Assembly: GCF_006345805.1 (NCBI RefSeq)
Contig: NC_043024.1
Coordinates: forward strand, 8,618,001-8,682,000
From: Octopus sinensis
Lineage: Eukaryota
Direction of reading: 5' to 3'
Length of the DNA: 64,000 nucleotides
Under the pieces are notes generated by a model that saw nothing but the letters and a program-made list of their open reading frames with translations, did no database searches and was not told the DNA's origin. The translations under genes and the position numbers were made by a program. This document shows, in pieces, positions 51,291-64,000 of the stretch. Each line of letters begins with the position of its first letter. Position 1 is the first letter of the stretch.

Positions 51291-52162
51291 AAAAAGTTTT
51301 AATCTGTTTTCATTTGTTTCTACTCCAACTGGCTACAATTGTACAATAATGCGCTTTGGTCGAACTGTGACCCATATTTATTTATATATATTTTTGACCA
51401 GTGAGTCGTAATGGTGTTGTGTTTCTACTATGTCCAGCAACACTGTTGACCACTGCAAAATATTTCTCACTGTTCCTGCTGTGTTCTACCTTACTGGTTA
51501 TTGTTCTATCATTGACATATGGGAATGTTTTGTCTAGTTGTTTCACTAAATTTAAAATTAATCTAAGAATTAACCTAAGCTGATTAGACATTAGGAAGCG
51601 GAACCTGGCATTAAGGAGTGCAACCTGGTGTTAGGAAATGCATCCTGGTGTTAAGGAGTGCACTCTGACATTAGGAAGGGCATCCAGCCATAGAAACCAC
51701 GTCAAAACACAGAGTTTTGATAGTGCTCTGTATCCCACACTGTCCAATCCATGCCAGCATGGAAGACAGACATTAAATGGTTATAATGATGCAGAGGAGG
51801 AAAAGGAGGATAATTATAAATCCAGTAGTCTGCTTTAAATTTGAGCTTCATGCTTATTATTATATTATTATTATATTAGAGTTAAATATATTTGTTTTCA
51901 TTTTTGTTACTTTCCTTAATACATTTTTGGCTCCACCCCTGTCTCTACCCCCACAAAAAATCCCTTAGGTTTCCAGTTCTGACACTTTTTGCTCCTCACC
52001 CCACCAACCAACTGATCTTACCTTTGTTAGGCCAATCTCTGGCTCTGTGGCTTCCCCAGTCACCTGTGGTTTTCCTTATTCTTATCACATTTTGAGATAA
52101 TGCTAAGTAAGAATTAAATGAAAATGGACAAAAACAAAGACGGCAATGAAAAAAAAAACATA

Positions 52163-53082
52163 CAGTGATCCCTCATTCATCGTGGTAGATTGGTTCCGAG
52201 GCCAGCCACGATAACTGAATTTCCGCGAAGTAGGGACACCACATTTACAGTATTTATTTAACGTGTATTTGGACTTTTAAAACCAAACCCTCCCTGTACT
52301 GTTAACAACCCACCCATTACAGTAGTCTATTAATAACAAGGACAACTGTTAAGCAATAACACTTTAGATTTTAAAAAATAAAGATTGTTACTGTTACACA
52401 GGCCAGATTACAAAATAGAAAGCTGTGATTCGTCGTCTCTCTCCATTGCACCAATCACAGCCCGTCTTAAGTTCAAATACCCCTGTATATGCTTTTTGGC
52501 TATTTTACGCTTGTTTTGTTGTTCCTAGACTAGGAAATAATATTTATTAGATCTTTTCAGTTTGAACGGCAGTTTTTTCTAGCGGTGTCATATGAAATTG
52601 TCACCCATAATTATGACCCTAGTATTGATCTATTGCATTTCAATCTGTTTTAGGGTTAGGGTTAGTTAGGGGGAAGGGTATCTTTTTTTCTTCACAAATA
52701 TAAATAAACCCAATCTGTTTCTTAAACGAGGGATATATTCATACGGCACAGAATGTTTTTTTTTACCTCAATGGACGTCATTGATTGGTTGAAATTGCAG
52801 AAATTGAAGGAAAAAAACAACAACAAATATCTTACAAACCATAGAATTTTCTCAATAAAGCCAAGAGAAAAGATGTTTTATAAACACATTGTACCAGTAT
52901 ACGAAGTTTAAAAGCGTTTAGTTACGTGGAAATTATTTTAAAAAACTGCCGTTCAAACCGAAAAGATCCTATTTATTATTATTATTTTAATGAAAAATTT
53001 TAGGCGTTCATATATATATTTAAAAAATCCGCGAATTTGTGAATCTGCGATAGTTGAACAGCGAAGTAGCAAGGGATCACTG
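52163..53082. mobile_element. Tigger/pogo-like MITE with a nested Merlin-like MITE
   Basis: TA|CAGTGATCCCT...AGGGATCACTG|TA. Confidence 0.82.
52549..52969. mobile_element. 421-bp Merlin-like MITE, copy 1
   Basis: TIR (G/A)GATCTTTTC.GTTTGAACGGCAGTTTTT with 8-bp TSD TATTTATT on both sides. Confidence 0.8.
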
Positions 53083-53961
53083 TATTTAAATAAATAATAT
53101 TTTAGAAATTGGACTCTTAGAGGAGGAGGAAGAAAGGGAGAGAGGGAAGCAGTGGCATGCTCCTTCCTCTTCTTTTACCTCCTCCATTAGCCAATAATTT
53201 TTTTTTTTGTTTGTTTTTTGCCTTTTCCAAATTTGCAAACTTGTGAAGGCAGATAGTAAGACTTACAACATGACGACGAAGACGACGACAAGGGGGATGG
53301 TGATGGTGGTGATGTCGATGATGATGATGATGGAAAGGGCGGCGATGGCTGTGGTGGTGGTGGTACGGATTACGATGACGAAAACAGTTGTGGTGGTAGT
53401 GGCGGTGGTAGTGACAGTCATGAGATGTAATTAATGTTTCACTCACTCACCCGCCCACCCACTCTCCCCTCCCTGCTCTCCACGCAGTCACAACCTCCCC
53501 TCCACCCACCCATACACCAGCTTATTTGAAACTAATCCCACCCTCTTCAGCCTTCCTCCTCCTCCTCCCGTGATGTCCTTTACTTCTTCCCCCTCCCCCT
53601 CACGTGATCTTAAGTCGATTTTTTCTTTGCCTTATTTAAAAAAAAAAAGATTCGTGTTACTTCCTTCCTTAATACCGACCCCTCTCCCATCCCTCCCGCA
53701 CCGCCGTGTCACATGACAAATTTTCCCCCCCTCCAAACACCCTAACCCTTTACCTGCTTCTACGACACATACACACACACAAGAAAAATAACGTCAGAGA
53801 AAAAATTTTTAAAGTCAGTTGTCTCCCCTTGACTTGTTGGCCGATTAATAGTTTTCACTTTTTCCTTACATTGCACACTCATACATACTGGTGTGTATAA
53901 TTGTTTGTGTGTGTGTATATGTTTATATGTGTGTATGTATGCAATGTTCAGTACTCATTCT

Positions 53962-54382
53962 GGATCTTTTCGGTTTGAACGGCAGTTTTTTCTAGCGGTG
54001 TCATATGAAATTGTCACCCATAATTATGACCCTAGTATCGATCTATTGCATTTCAATCTGTTTTAGGGGTGGGGGTGGGGGTAGGGGGAAGAGTATCTTT
54101 TTTTCTTCACAAATCTAAATAAACCCAATCTGTTTCTTAAACGGGGGACATATTCATACGGCACAGAATGTTTTTTTTTACCTCAATAGACGTCAGTGAT
54201 TGGTTGAAATTGCAGAAATTGAAGAAAAACAACAACATATATCTTACAAACCATAGAATTTTCTCAATAAAGCCAAGAGAAAAAGATGTTTTATAAACAC
54301 ATTCTACCAGTATACGAAGTTTAAAAGTGTTTAGTTACGTGGAAATTATTTTTAAAAACTGCCGTTCAAGCAGAAAAGATCC
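53962..54382. mobile_element. 421-bp Merlin-like MITE, copy 2
   Basis: GG-initiated TIR with 8-bp TSD CTCATTCT at 53954-53961 and 54383-54390. Confidence 0.82.
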
Positions 54383-54839
54383 CTCATTCTCACTGTTTGT
54401 CACTGACACACACACACATATACACATATATATGTGTGGGTGTGTATGACTACATACATAGACGTAGATATATAACTTCATAATGTAAAGATATATATAT
54501 ATAGTAGCCTAGTGTATGTGTATATATTTATATATATGTGCGTGTGTATATATGTGGATGTATTGTTGTAGCTACATAATGTGATGTTTGTATAACTTTC
54601 CTGTAGAATGCAGAGCCAACATAAATAAACGACTAAATTTAATCTACCCCGGGTTAATTTTCTTCTTTAATTCACGGTTCACAGTCAAGAATTTCTCAAG
54701 AATTAATGTTATGGCAGTGAAATGGGAGAATCAGAAGAGCACCAGACCAAATGCCTTGAGGATTCTTTCTTTTTCTGTTTCTCAAAAGATTTGTTTAACC
54801 CTTTTAGTATTCAGATTAATCCGTCGTATGTCTTGCAAA

Positions 54840-55300
54840 CGACTTGCACATCATGCAAGTGCTACCAGTCAAGAACTACACAAAAGACTGTCATCAGCCA
54901 GGCTTTTCGTTGTCCACCACATCGCTTTCGCCAACCCTGAAGGGGAGCTGGGGCAATTGCTTCATAGATGAATTCTCCCGGTTGACAATGGAGGGCGTGA
55001 CCCCAGCCAACGCAGACATCTCATTAGGATGACTTGTAGGAGGGAAGTGATTCTGCACTGGTGTCGCACCGAATTGTTGGAGACAGAGTGCACCCCATCG
55101 CTTTCGCCAACACTGAATGGGAGCTGGGCAATTGCTTCATAGATGAATTCTCCTGGTTGACAATGGAGGGCATGACCCCAGCCAATGCAGACGTCTCGTT
55201 AGGATGACTTGTCGGAGGGAGGTGATTCTGCACTGGTGCCGCACCGAATTGTTGGAGACAAAGTGATGCCATTGGACACGGCGTAGACAGAGGTGATCGA
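54840..55300 (-). mobile_element. Retroelement fragment with an internal tandem duplication of about 177 bp
   Basis: CATCGCTTTCGCCAAC...TTGTTGGAGACA occurs twice (about 54919 and 55096). Homologous to 16610-16885. Confidence 0.6.
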
Positions 55301-55559
55301 AGGATTCTAATCACTTGCTTTTTATAAGCAATTCTGAGGTTGCTTTAAAATAATTACCAGTCACACATATATCTAAGCATGGCTGTGTGGTTAAGACGTT
55401 TGCACTACAAGTATTGTGTGGCATCTGGTTCAATACTACTTCTGTGCAGTACCTTGGGGAGGTGTCTTCTACTGTAGTCTTCAACTGACCAAAGCCATGT
55501 GAAAAGATTTGTCAGATAGAAACTGAAAGAAACCTGTTACAAGTATGTGTGTGTGTGTG

Positions 55560-55601
<42 letters not shown>

Positions 55602-55717
55602 GGACACAGGTTCAAGTGTCATATAGCTAGCTAGAGGTAATGGCCTCTTGGAGCTAATCAATAGCAGCTTTAGTCCTATATTTATGGACTGCCATATTAA
55701 CTTGGTGATAACTGTTG

Positions 55718-55748
<31 letters not shown>

Positions 55749-56015
55749 TGGTCTCAATGGAATTTGAACTAAGATTGCACAGGGCTGGAACGGCTACCAC
55801 AATGTATTTGCCTGATGCTCTTGGGATTCTGCCAATTTTCTCTGCCTTTATGCTTTATTTGTTGTTTCAATCATTGGACTGTGGCCTTGCTGGAGCACTA
55901 CCATAAAGGGTTTAGCTGAAGATATCGACACCATTACTAACTTTGTTTCTAAAGTCTGGCACTTATTCTATCAGTTTTTCTTGCTGAACAGCTAAGTCAT
56001 GGGGACAAACGCATG

Positions 56016-56076
<61 letters not shown>

Positions 56077-58550
56077 GCATGAAGGCGCATGGCTCAGTGG
56101 TTAGAGCAACGAGCTTACGATCGTGAGGTTGTGAGTTCGAATCTCGGACTGGGCTGCATGTTGTGTTCTTGAGCAAGACACTTTATTTCACGTTGCTCCA
56201 GTTCACTCAGCTGTAGAAATGAGTTGCGACGTCACAGGTGCCAAGCTGTATCGGCCCCTTTGCCTCTCCCTTGGATAACACTGGTGGCGTGGAGAGGGGA
56301 GGCTGGTATACATGGGCGACTGCTGGTCTTCCATAAACAACCTTGCCCGGACTTGTGCCTGGGAGGGTAACTTTCTAGGTGCAATCCCATTGTCATTTAT
56401 GACCAAAGGGGGTCTTATATATAGCAGGTTTCATACGGTTTCCATTAACCAAATTTACTCATGAGATACTGAATATAGCCTAGGGCTATAATAGAAACCA
56501 AGCCACTTGCCCAAGATACCATGTAGTGGGTCTGAACCCAAAACCATGTGGTTAGGAAGCAGATTTCTTAACCACACAGCCATGCCTGTGCCTAATTAAT
56601 AATATGCTAATTATTTCATTATATGTGTAATATAATAATTATCACCACAGCGATATAACGAGATATACTAATAGGGGCCATCTCCAGAGCTACATTATCT
56701 CGTGTGTCCTTCCTTGCTGTAATCAAAGATATTCCTGATATGACAATAACAGCTTTCATTTAGACATAGTATATCTACGACTGTGAAGGTGCATGGCCTA
56801 GTTGTAAGGCTGTTGCTCTCACAACTGCTAGACCATGGGTTCGTTTCCCAGGCTGGGTGATGTGCTGTGTTCTTGAGCAAAACACTTCATTTCACGTTGC
56901 TCCAGTCTCCTTTCGACCAGGGAGTTGTTATATTCCTAACACTAGCTGAACGACAACTAAGTTATTTTACAAAATTCTTTGCTATATTTAAAGTAATTAA
57001 AAGAAACACAGAGCATCTCAAAATAAATACAGTAACGAAAGGGTTAAGCACTGTGTTCGATGGTAATCAACTATACCCCTCCCCCAAATTGATGGCCTTG
57101 TACCAAAATTTGAAATCAATATGACTAATGCTTTGGAGAAATGCATGATTGTCTCAAATTCCATTCCAAATGTCAAGCATTGATAAAAATGTTCATTTTT
57201 CAAGAATTCAAATTCCATATACAACCCATGCTAGCATGGAAAGCAGACGTTAAACGATAATGATGATGAGGTCGACTTTGCCTTTCATCCTTCCGGGATC
57301 GATTAAATAAGTATGAGCTACGCACTGGGGTCGATGTAATCGACTTAATACCTATGTCTGTCCTTGTTTGTCCTCTAGGTGCTTAGCCCTTTGTGGGTAG
57401 TAAAGAAACAGATAATGATGATGATGAGTACTGGACCAGACATCTGGCAAGCTTGGGGCCAGAAGTGGCCCAGATTTCTGGATCTTTCGATTTTCTAGAG
57501 ATAATCTTAATATATATTTAACCCTTTAGCATTAAAACTGGTCACATCTGGACCAAATATTCTGTCTTATGTTCAAACTGACAAGATATGGCCTCTCACA
57601 CCTACCCTACAATGTCTTTCTGAAAATAAACAATCACACCATTGAAATCTGAAAGCTACACGATAATGCATGATTAATTCAAAACACTGAATATATAAAC
57701 ATCACATTTGACAGAAGCCAAAATAAATACGGCACAAAACTTCATTTGTTGGAGCCAAGACAAAGAGGTGTAAGAATACTGGAGCCAAGATAGAGATGAT
57801 AGAAGTCTTTGATCCAAGATAGAGAGTATACAGCCAACTACTTCAGAGAAAAAAACAGAGACAGTAAAAGATGTTAAGTACTTTAGAGTCAAGATAAAGA
57901 TGGTGCAAGACCTGGAGTAGAGAGAGAGAGAGGGAGAAAGAAAGAGATAGTGTGTGTGTGTGTGTGTGTAAGACTTTACATGTTGGAGCCAAAACAGAGA
58001 TGAAACAAGGATTTTGGAGCAAAGATAGGGAGGTGCGAGCAAGTATTCTGGAACCAAGATACCTGGTGCAAGTATTTTGGAGTGGAGCTGCAGCTAGTAC
58101 AAGACATTGATTCAAGACAGAGAATGGTAGCTCAGAAAAGCAAGAGCTACTGTAGTGGATACAGAAGAAAGTGGGGAATGACTTGGTATTTTAGTGGGTG
58201 CAAGGCTGAATACCCGGTTTCCATGGTAACAAGTGACCATGATCAGGACATGCTCCCTGAATGGTATGACAAGCCATGGCAGGGTTACTCATTTACAGCT
58301 CAGTCGGCTAAAGCAAAGTAAAACGAAGTATTTTGCACAAGGGCACTATGAACCCCCAGTATTCAAAGGATGTTGCGATCGTCAATGCAGCATCTTTACG
58401 GCTACTCCACGTGCCTTCACTGGAGGAGATGCCATTGATGGATTTCCGTGTTTGAGGAAGATTCAGCTGTTATTTTCACCTGGATGCATGACCATGTAGT
58501 GATTGCGGTACTATTTAAGAAGAGTGGTCCCGGTGCGCGCACTCGTGTAC

Positions 58551-58739
58551 CTGCGCTAGCTAGTCATGACTAGTCATCCTACAACGTCTACCTAGCAAAG
58601 TAAATAAAACACAAAATAAATAATTTTATTAAAACAAAATAAAACACAAAAACACAAAGTAAAAAGTTTTTTTAAACAAAGTAAATAAAAAAACAAAAAC
58701 ACAAAGTAAGGATCGACTAGTCACGACTAGTTAGCGCGG
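58551..58739. mobile_element. Small MITE with about 30-bp TIRs and an A-rich core
   Basis: CTGCGCTAGCTAGTCATGACTAGTCATCCT is the near reverse complement of AGGATCGACTAGTCACGACTAGTTAGCGCGG. Confidence 0.7.
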
Positions 58740-60976
58740 ATTACTTTGTTTCTCAAGGGATTACTGATGAGTGCCATCAGAGAACAGAAGCTTTATCAGG
58801 GACCACAGAGGAAGAATAGATAAATTTCCATAGAATTGGGATTCTTGTAGACAGAAAGACTGAGGAGCTTGTTTTTTGAAGGTGGATAACGGAAAATGTA
58901 AAGTTGGATTTGAAGATTTGGCTTTTAGTGACTGTATAATACAGCGTGGAATAATCAGCGTGAGAGCGAAGCAAGGTTGAATTTATATTATACGGAAAAT
59001 ATACATATATATATATAGGAGTGGCTGTGTGGTAAAGTAGATTGCTTACGAACCACATAGTTTTGGGTTCAGTCCCACTGCATGGCACCTTGGGCAAGTG
59101 TCTTCTACTATAGCCTCGGGCCGACCTATGCCTTGTGAGTGGATTTGGTAGACGGAAGCTGAAAGAAGCCCATCGTAATATGTGTATATATATATATATA
59201 TATGTGTATGTTTGTGTGTCTGTGTTTGTCGCCCCAACATCGCTTGACAACCGATGCTGGTGTGTTTATGTCCCCGTTACTTACCGGTTCGGTTAAAGAG
59301 ACCGATAGAATAAGTACTGGGCTTACAAAAGAATAAGTCCCGGGATCGACTTGCTCGATTAAAGGTGGTGCTCCAGCATGGCCGCAGTCAAATGACTGAA
59401 ACAAGTAAAAAAGGTAAAAGAGAATATATACAAGGGGGGTAACTACAATATTTTTAGCAATCTCCCTTCCGCGATTCTACGACGAGTGTGCCACAGAAAA
59501 TGTAAATTTGGATTTGAAGAAGATTTGGTTACTATTTCTAGCAGGTTGGTCAGCGCACTTAGTAACTGAATAATACACGGGGAAATAATCAGAGTTGAGA
59601 ACAAAGTAAAGTTGATTTTTGTAGGAAAAAAAGAAAAAAATATAGACAAGGGAGGTAACTACAATATTTAGCTGACTCCCTCCCGAGATTCTGTTACGAG
59701 TGGGCTTCGTTAGAATGGACACCGGAGAACCTGAAAATAGCAGCTAATTTTTGTTTTCAAACGTCTATCGTATTGGATAATGTAGTCCAGACTATGCAAT
59801 TCTAGGAAATAAACTGGGATGGTCACGGTAAGAACGGGTCTAACAATAGAACAGAAACAACCACTATCATTGCATATAAGAAATATAGACGTGGTGGTCA
59901 TGGAGGGGGAGGCAGTGGTTTTGTTCTTTTCATATTTTTGGCTCAAATTTTGCTAAGGTGGGGGTGGTGGTGATGGTAGAGTGATTTTCTTGTTTAGCCC
60001 CAGGTAAGTCCTAATTGAGTAGCTCTATGATCAAAGCTGTTTCCAACCTTGACCATCCCTTCTTAGTCAGATATAATGTATCTAGAACCACATTATCTCA
60101 CGTGTCCATCCTTTTATTTTATATTATTATTATTTTTTGTAGCCCCTGGTCAGACTTGATCCAAGAGACATATGACCGGAGGCGTTCCAGCCATGGCCAC
60201 CATTGTCTTTTACACAGACCTGTGCGAATTATCATTCCTCGAGGCTTCAACACCTGATGAAGATTATATCGTTGCTTAATCTCCATTTTCTATGCCACTA
60301 AGGGTTGAATGGTTAGACAGGAGCCAACGAGCCAGGGGACTGTGCCAAAATCCACTTTCACCATTTCACACACACACAAAATTTTCAGGATCTGATAGCT
60401 ATAACCTAGATGGAAGGGTCAACTAGTATTACGTTCTTTGTGAAGAATTCTAAAGTGTTAAATTTTACTCTTAATTCACCTGAATTAAATCCCATTAACG
60501 AAAAGAAACCCAGTCTACTAGGCGCAGGAGTGGCTGTGTGGTAAGTAGCTTGCTAACCAACCACATGGTTTCGGGTTCAGTCCCACTGCGTGGCATCTTA
60601 GGCAAGTGTCTTCTGCTATAGCCTCGGGCCGACCAATGCCTTGTGAGTGGATTTGGTAGACAGAAACTGAAAGAAGCCTGTCGTATATATGTATAAATAT
60701 ATGTATGTATGTGTGTGTTTGTGTGTCTGTCCCCCTAGCATTGTTTGACAACCGATGCTGGTGTGTTTATGTCCCCGTCACCTCGCGGTTCGGCAAAAGA
60801 GACCGATAGAATAAGTACTGGGCTTACAAAGAATAAGTCCCGGGGTCGATTTGCTCGACTAAAGGCGGTGCTCCAGCATGACCGCAGTCAAATGACTGAA
60901 ACAAGTAAAAGAGTAAAGAGTGTAAAAACAAATGTGTAGGAAACGAATGTGAAAAAAAAAATTGCTCAAACGAACA

Positions 60977-62640
60977 GACTGTCGGAAAATTCACACGATC
61001 CGGTTTTTTTCCCCCCTCATAACTTTCAGGAAAACGGATATCTTTTAGTGAAATTTGTACAGAAACACCTTTCAAACAGAATAGATTATAAGGAAATTTG
61101 TGGGGATATATTTTTCCAAATGGGTGGGGAGAAGACTGTCGGAAAATTCACACGATCCGGTTTTTTTCCCCCCTCATAACTTTCAGGAAAACGGATATCT
61201 TTTAGTGAAATTTGTACAGAAACACCTTTCAAACAGAATAGATTATAAGGAAATTTGTGGGGATATATTTTTCCAAATGGGTGGGGAGAAGACTGTCGGA
61301 AAATTCACACGATCCGGTTTTTTTCCCCCCTCATAACTTTCAGGAAAACGGATATCTTTTAGTGAAATTTGTACAGAAACACCTTTCAAACAGAATAGAT
61401 TATAAGGAAATTTGTGGGGATATATTTTTCCAAATGGGTGGGGAGAAGACTGTCGGAAAATTCACACGATCCGGTTTTTTTTCCCCCCTCATAACTTTCA
61501 GGAAAACGGATATCTTTTAGTGAAATTGTACAGAAACCCTTTCAAACAAATAATATTATAAGGAAATTTGTGGGGATATATTTTTCCAAAGGGTGGGGAG
61601 AAGACTGTCGGAAATTCACACGATCCGGTTTTTTTTCCCCCCTCATAACTTTCAGGAAAACGGATATCTTTTAGTGAAATTTGTACAGAAACACCTTTCA
61701 AACAGAATAGATTATAAGGAAATTTGGGGGATATATTTTTCCAATGGGTTGGGAGAAGAAGACTCGGAAAATTCACACACACGATCCGGTTTTTTTCCCC
61801 CCCTAACTTTCAGGAAAACGGATTCTTTTAGTGAAATTTGTACAGAAACACCTTTCAAAAACATATAGATTATAAGGAAATTGTGGGGATATATTTTTCC
61901 AAATGGGTGGGGAGAAGACTGTCGGAAATTCACACGATCCGGTTTTTTCCCGGTTCACACGATCCGGTTTTTTTTCCCCCCTCATAACTTTCAGGAAAAC
62001 GGATATCTTTTAGTGAAATTTGTACAGAAACACCTTTCAAACAGAATAGATTATAAGGAAATTTGTGGGGATATATTTTTCCAAATGGGTGGGGAGAAGA
62101 CTGTCGGAAAATTCACACGATCCGGTTTTTTTTTTTTCCCCCACTCGATAACTTTCAGGAAAACGGATAAACTTTTAGTGAAATTTGTACAGGAAAAACA
62201 CAAAAAAAACAAACGATCCTTTCCCCCCAAAACAGAAATAGGATTATAAGGACATTTGGGGATAATATATTTTTCCAAATGGGTGGGGAGAAGACTGTCC
62301 GAAAGTTCACACGATCCGGTTTTTTTCCCCCCTCATAACTTTCAGGAAAACGGATATCTTTAGTGAAATTTGTACAGAAACACCTTTCAAACAGAATAGT
62401 TATAAGGAAATTTGTGGGTATATATTTTTCCAAATGGGTGGGGAGAAGACTGTCGGAAAATTCACACGATCCGGTTTTTTTCCCCCCTCATAACTTTCAG
62501 AAAACGGATATCTTTTAGTGAAATTTGTACAAAACACCTTTCAAACAACAGAATAGATTATAAGGAAATTTGTGGGGATATATTTTTCCAAATGGGTGGG
62601 GAGAAGACTGTCCGAAAGTTCACACGATCCGTTTTTCTTC
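60977..62640. repeat. 157-bp satellite, about 11 units, plus older units at about 62778 and 62937
   Basis: GACTGTCGGAAAATTCACACGATCCGG recurs at 60977, 61134, 61291 and 61448. Later units accumulate indels. Confidence 0.95.
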
Positions 62641-63071
62641 CTCGTAACTTTTAGGATCTAGTTTAGCGCCCGGTCACCAAAACGAAAAAAAAAGAAGCTA
62701 TCTAATAGGTGTAAAAAGATGTGTAGAAGACAAATATAGGAAAAAATATTGCACAAATGAGTGGGGGTGGGGAAGAGGACTTTCGGAAAATTCACAAGAT
62801 CCGATTTTTCCCTCATAACTTTCAGGAAAATGGATATCTGTTAGTGAAATTTTACAGAAATACTTTTCAAACAGCATAGATTACGATTATAAAGAAATTT
62901 GTGGGGAAAATGTTTTCCGAAGGGGGGGGGGGGGGGGCTGTCAGAAAGTTCACACGATCCATTTTTTTCACCTTATAACTTTTGGGATCTAGTTTAGCGC
63001 CCGGTCACCAAAGCAAAGAGAAAAAAAACAGTCTAATAGGTGTAAAAAACGTAGAAAAAGAATGAACATAC

Positions 63072-63104
63072 CTTCTTGGTTGGTTCGTCTTGACGGCAAC
63101 GATT
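63072..63104 (-). other. Possible 33-nt exon of a - strand transcript
   Basis: On the - strand: ttccctctctctAG|AATCGTTGCCGTCAAGACGAACCAACCAAGAAG|GTATGT. Further donors at 63425 (GTTTGT) and near 63517 (GTAAGA). No downstream exons identified. Confidence 0.3.
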
Positions 63105-64000
63105 CTAGAGAGAGGGAATTAAAACTTGGCTGCCTCCCACCCCACACCCGTTCGTTTGCATAAATTATTTTTTCATAATATTATATTCTACACGTTTTTA
63201 TACCTAGAAGGCCGGGCTTTTTTTTTGTTGTTGCTCTTTTTTTTTTTTTTTTTTGAACGAGTCTCAAACTTTATATTGACCAAAAAAACTATCTTTTTTT
63301 CTTTCCCGTGAAGAATGGGTCTTCGAGGGACAGCTATTCCGAAAGGACTATACAAATTATTTTAAAAAAAGAAAACCAAAAAGAGACCCTAAAATATAGA
63401 GAGAAAGAAACGAAACATGACAAACCTTGTCTGTGAATCTTGTGGCTGATGGAATTTCTTGGAATTTCTGGTCAATGGTTTGGAGTCCAACTCAAATTTT
63501 CAGAATATATTCTTACCTCGTTTCTACACGCCAAAACGTGTTAAATTTTCAGATATTTCTGCTACTTTCATTTCATTGCTAATAGACCATAAAATAATTA
63601 TTTCACCCAGGGTGTAAGAAATGGTTTTCTTCGACGTCAATGGAAGCGTGACAAATTACAATACGTTCGGGAGAAGAGTGACAAATCCATGGAAGATAAC
63701 TCTAGCAAGCCAGTTAACTTGAAGTTACTTCCCTTTGTTTAATTACACCTTTTTAAGGAAGTAATTATCATATTTCCTAAAGAGCGTACCTGTGTGTTTA
63801 AAAAACGAATTTTAATATTTTGCCCTCGATTTTTATAAGTTTGTCGTTCATCCTAAATATCCAGATCTGTTTTCAGACTTTTAGTTAGCTTTTATTTCGT
63901 ACGATTTGATTAATCAAAATCTTTCTTTTCATAAGTCCCAAGTTATTCTGGTGGTTAGAAAAAAAATTGGTAAAGTATACCTATTTCTTTACTACCCACA

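Noticed and set aside
54840-55300. HDV-like ribozyme in the retroelement fragment
   Set aside because: A GGCGAA J4/2-like word is present, but I could not find the P1/P3/L3 nested pseudoknot.
60248-60290. Additional hammerhead (ACAC CTGATGA AGATTA...TAATCT)
   Set aside because: GAAA and the cleavage triplet are absent after the hairpin. At most it is a deleted relic.
60977-62640. CRISPR array or repeat-encoded protein
   Set aside because: There are no unique spacers, the context is eukaryotic, and the 157-bp period shifts frame in every unit.

Overview
Eukaryotic, AT-rich, repeat-dominated window. The SINE families, (TA)n/(ATT)n tracts and large introns look like a coleoid cephalopod (Octopus-like) genome, which is an inference. 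The only host gene I can support is the 3' part of a + strand PICALM/AP180 (LAP/UNC-11-type) clathrin adaptor: four small coding exons at 417-17887 and a probable 3' UTR exon from 20166. Nearly all long ORFs in the track are microsatellite artefacts. The rest consists of tRNA-derived SINEs, RTE and CR1 LINE relics, mariner/Tigger/hAT/piggyBac/Merlin-like MITEs, a Helitron-like element, a tRNA-Leu pseudogene and a 157-bp satellite. The most interesting signal is eight minimal hammerhead-ribozyme-like motifs in four unrelated non-coding repeat families. Several sit in the arms of foldback elements pointing outward, and one family has a tRNA-like sequence at its symmetry axis. This suggests non-autonomous Penelope/retrozyme-like elements. 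All folds and alignments were done by eye, with no database search.
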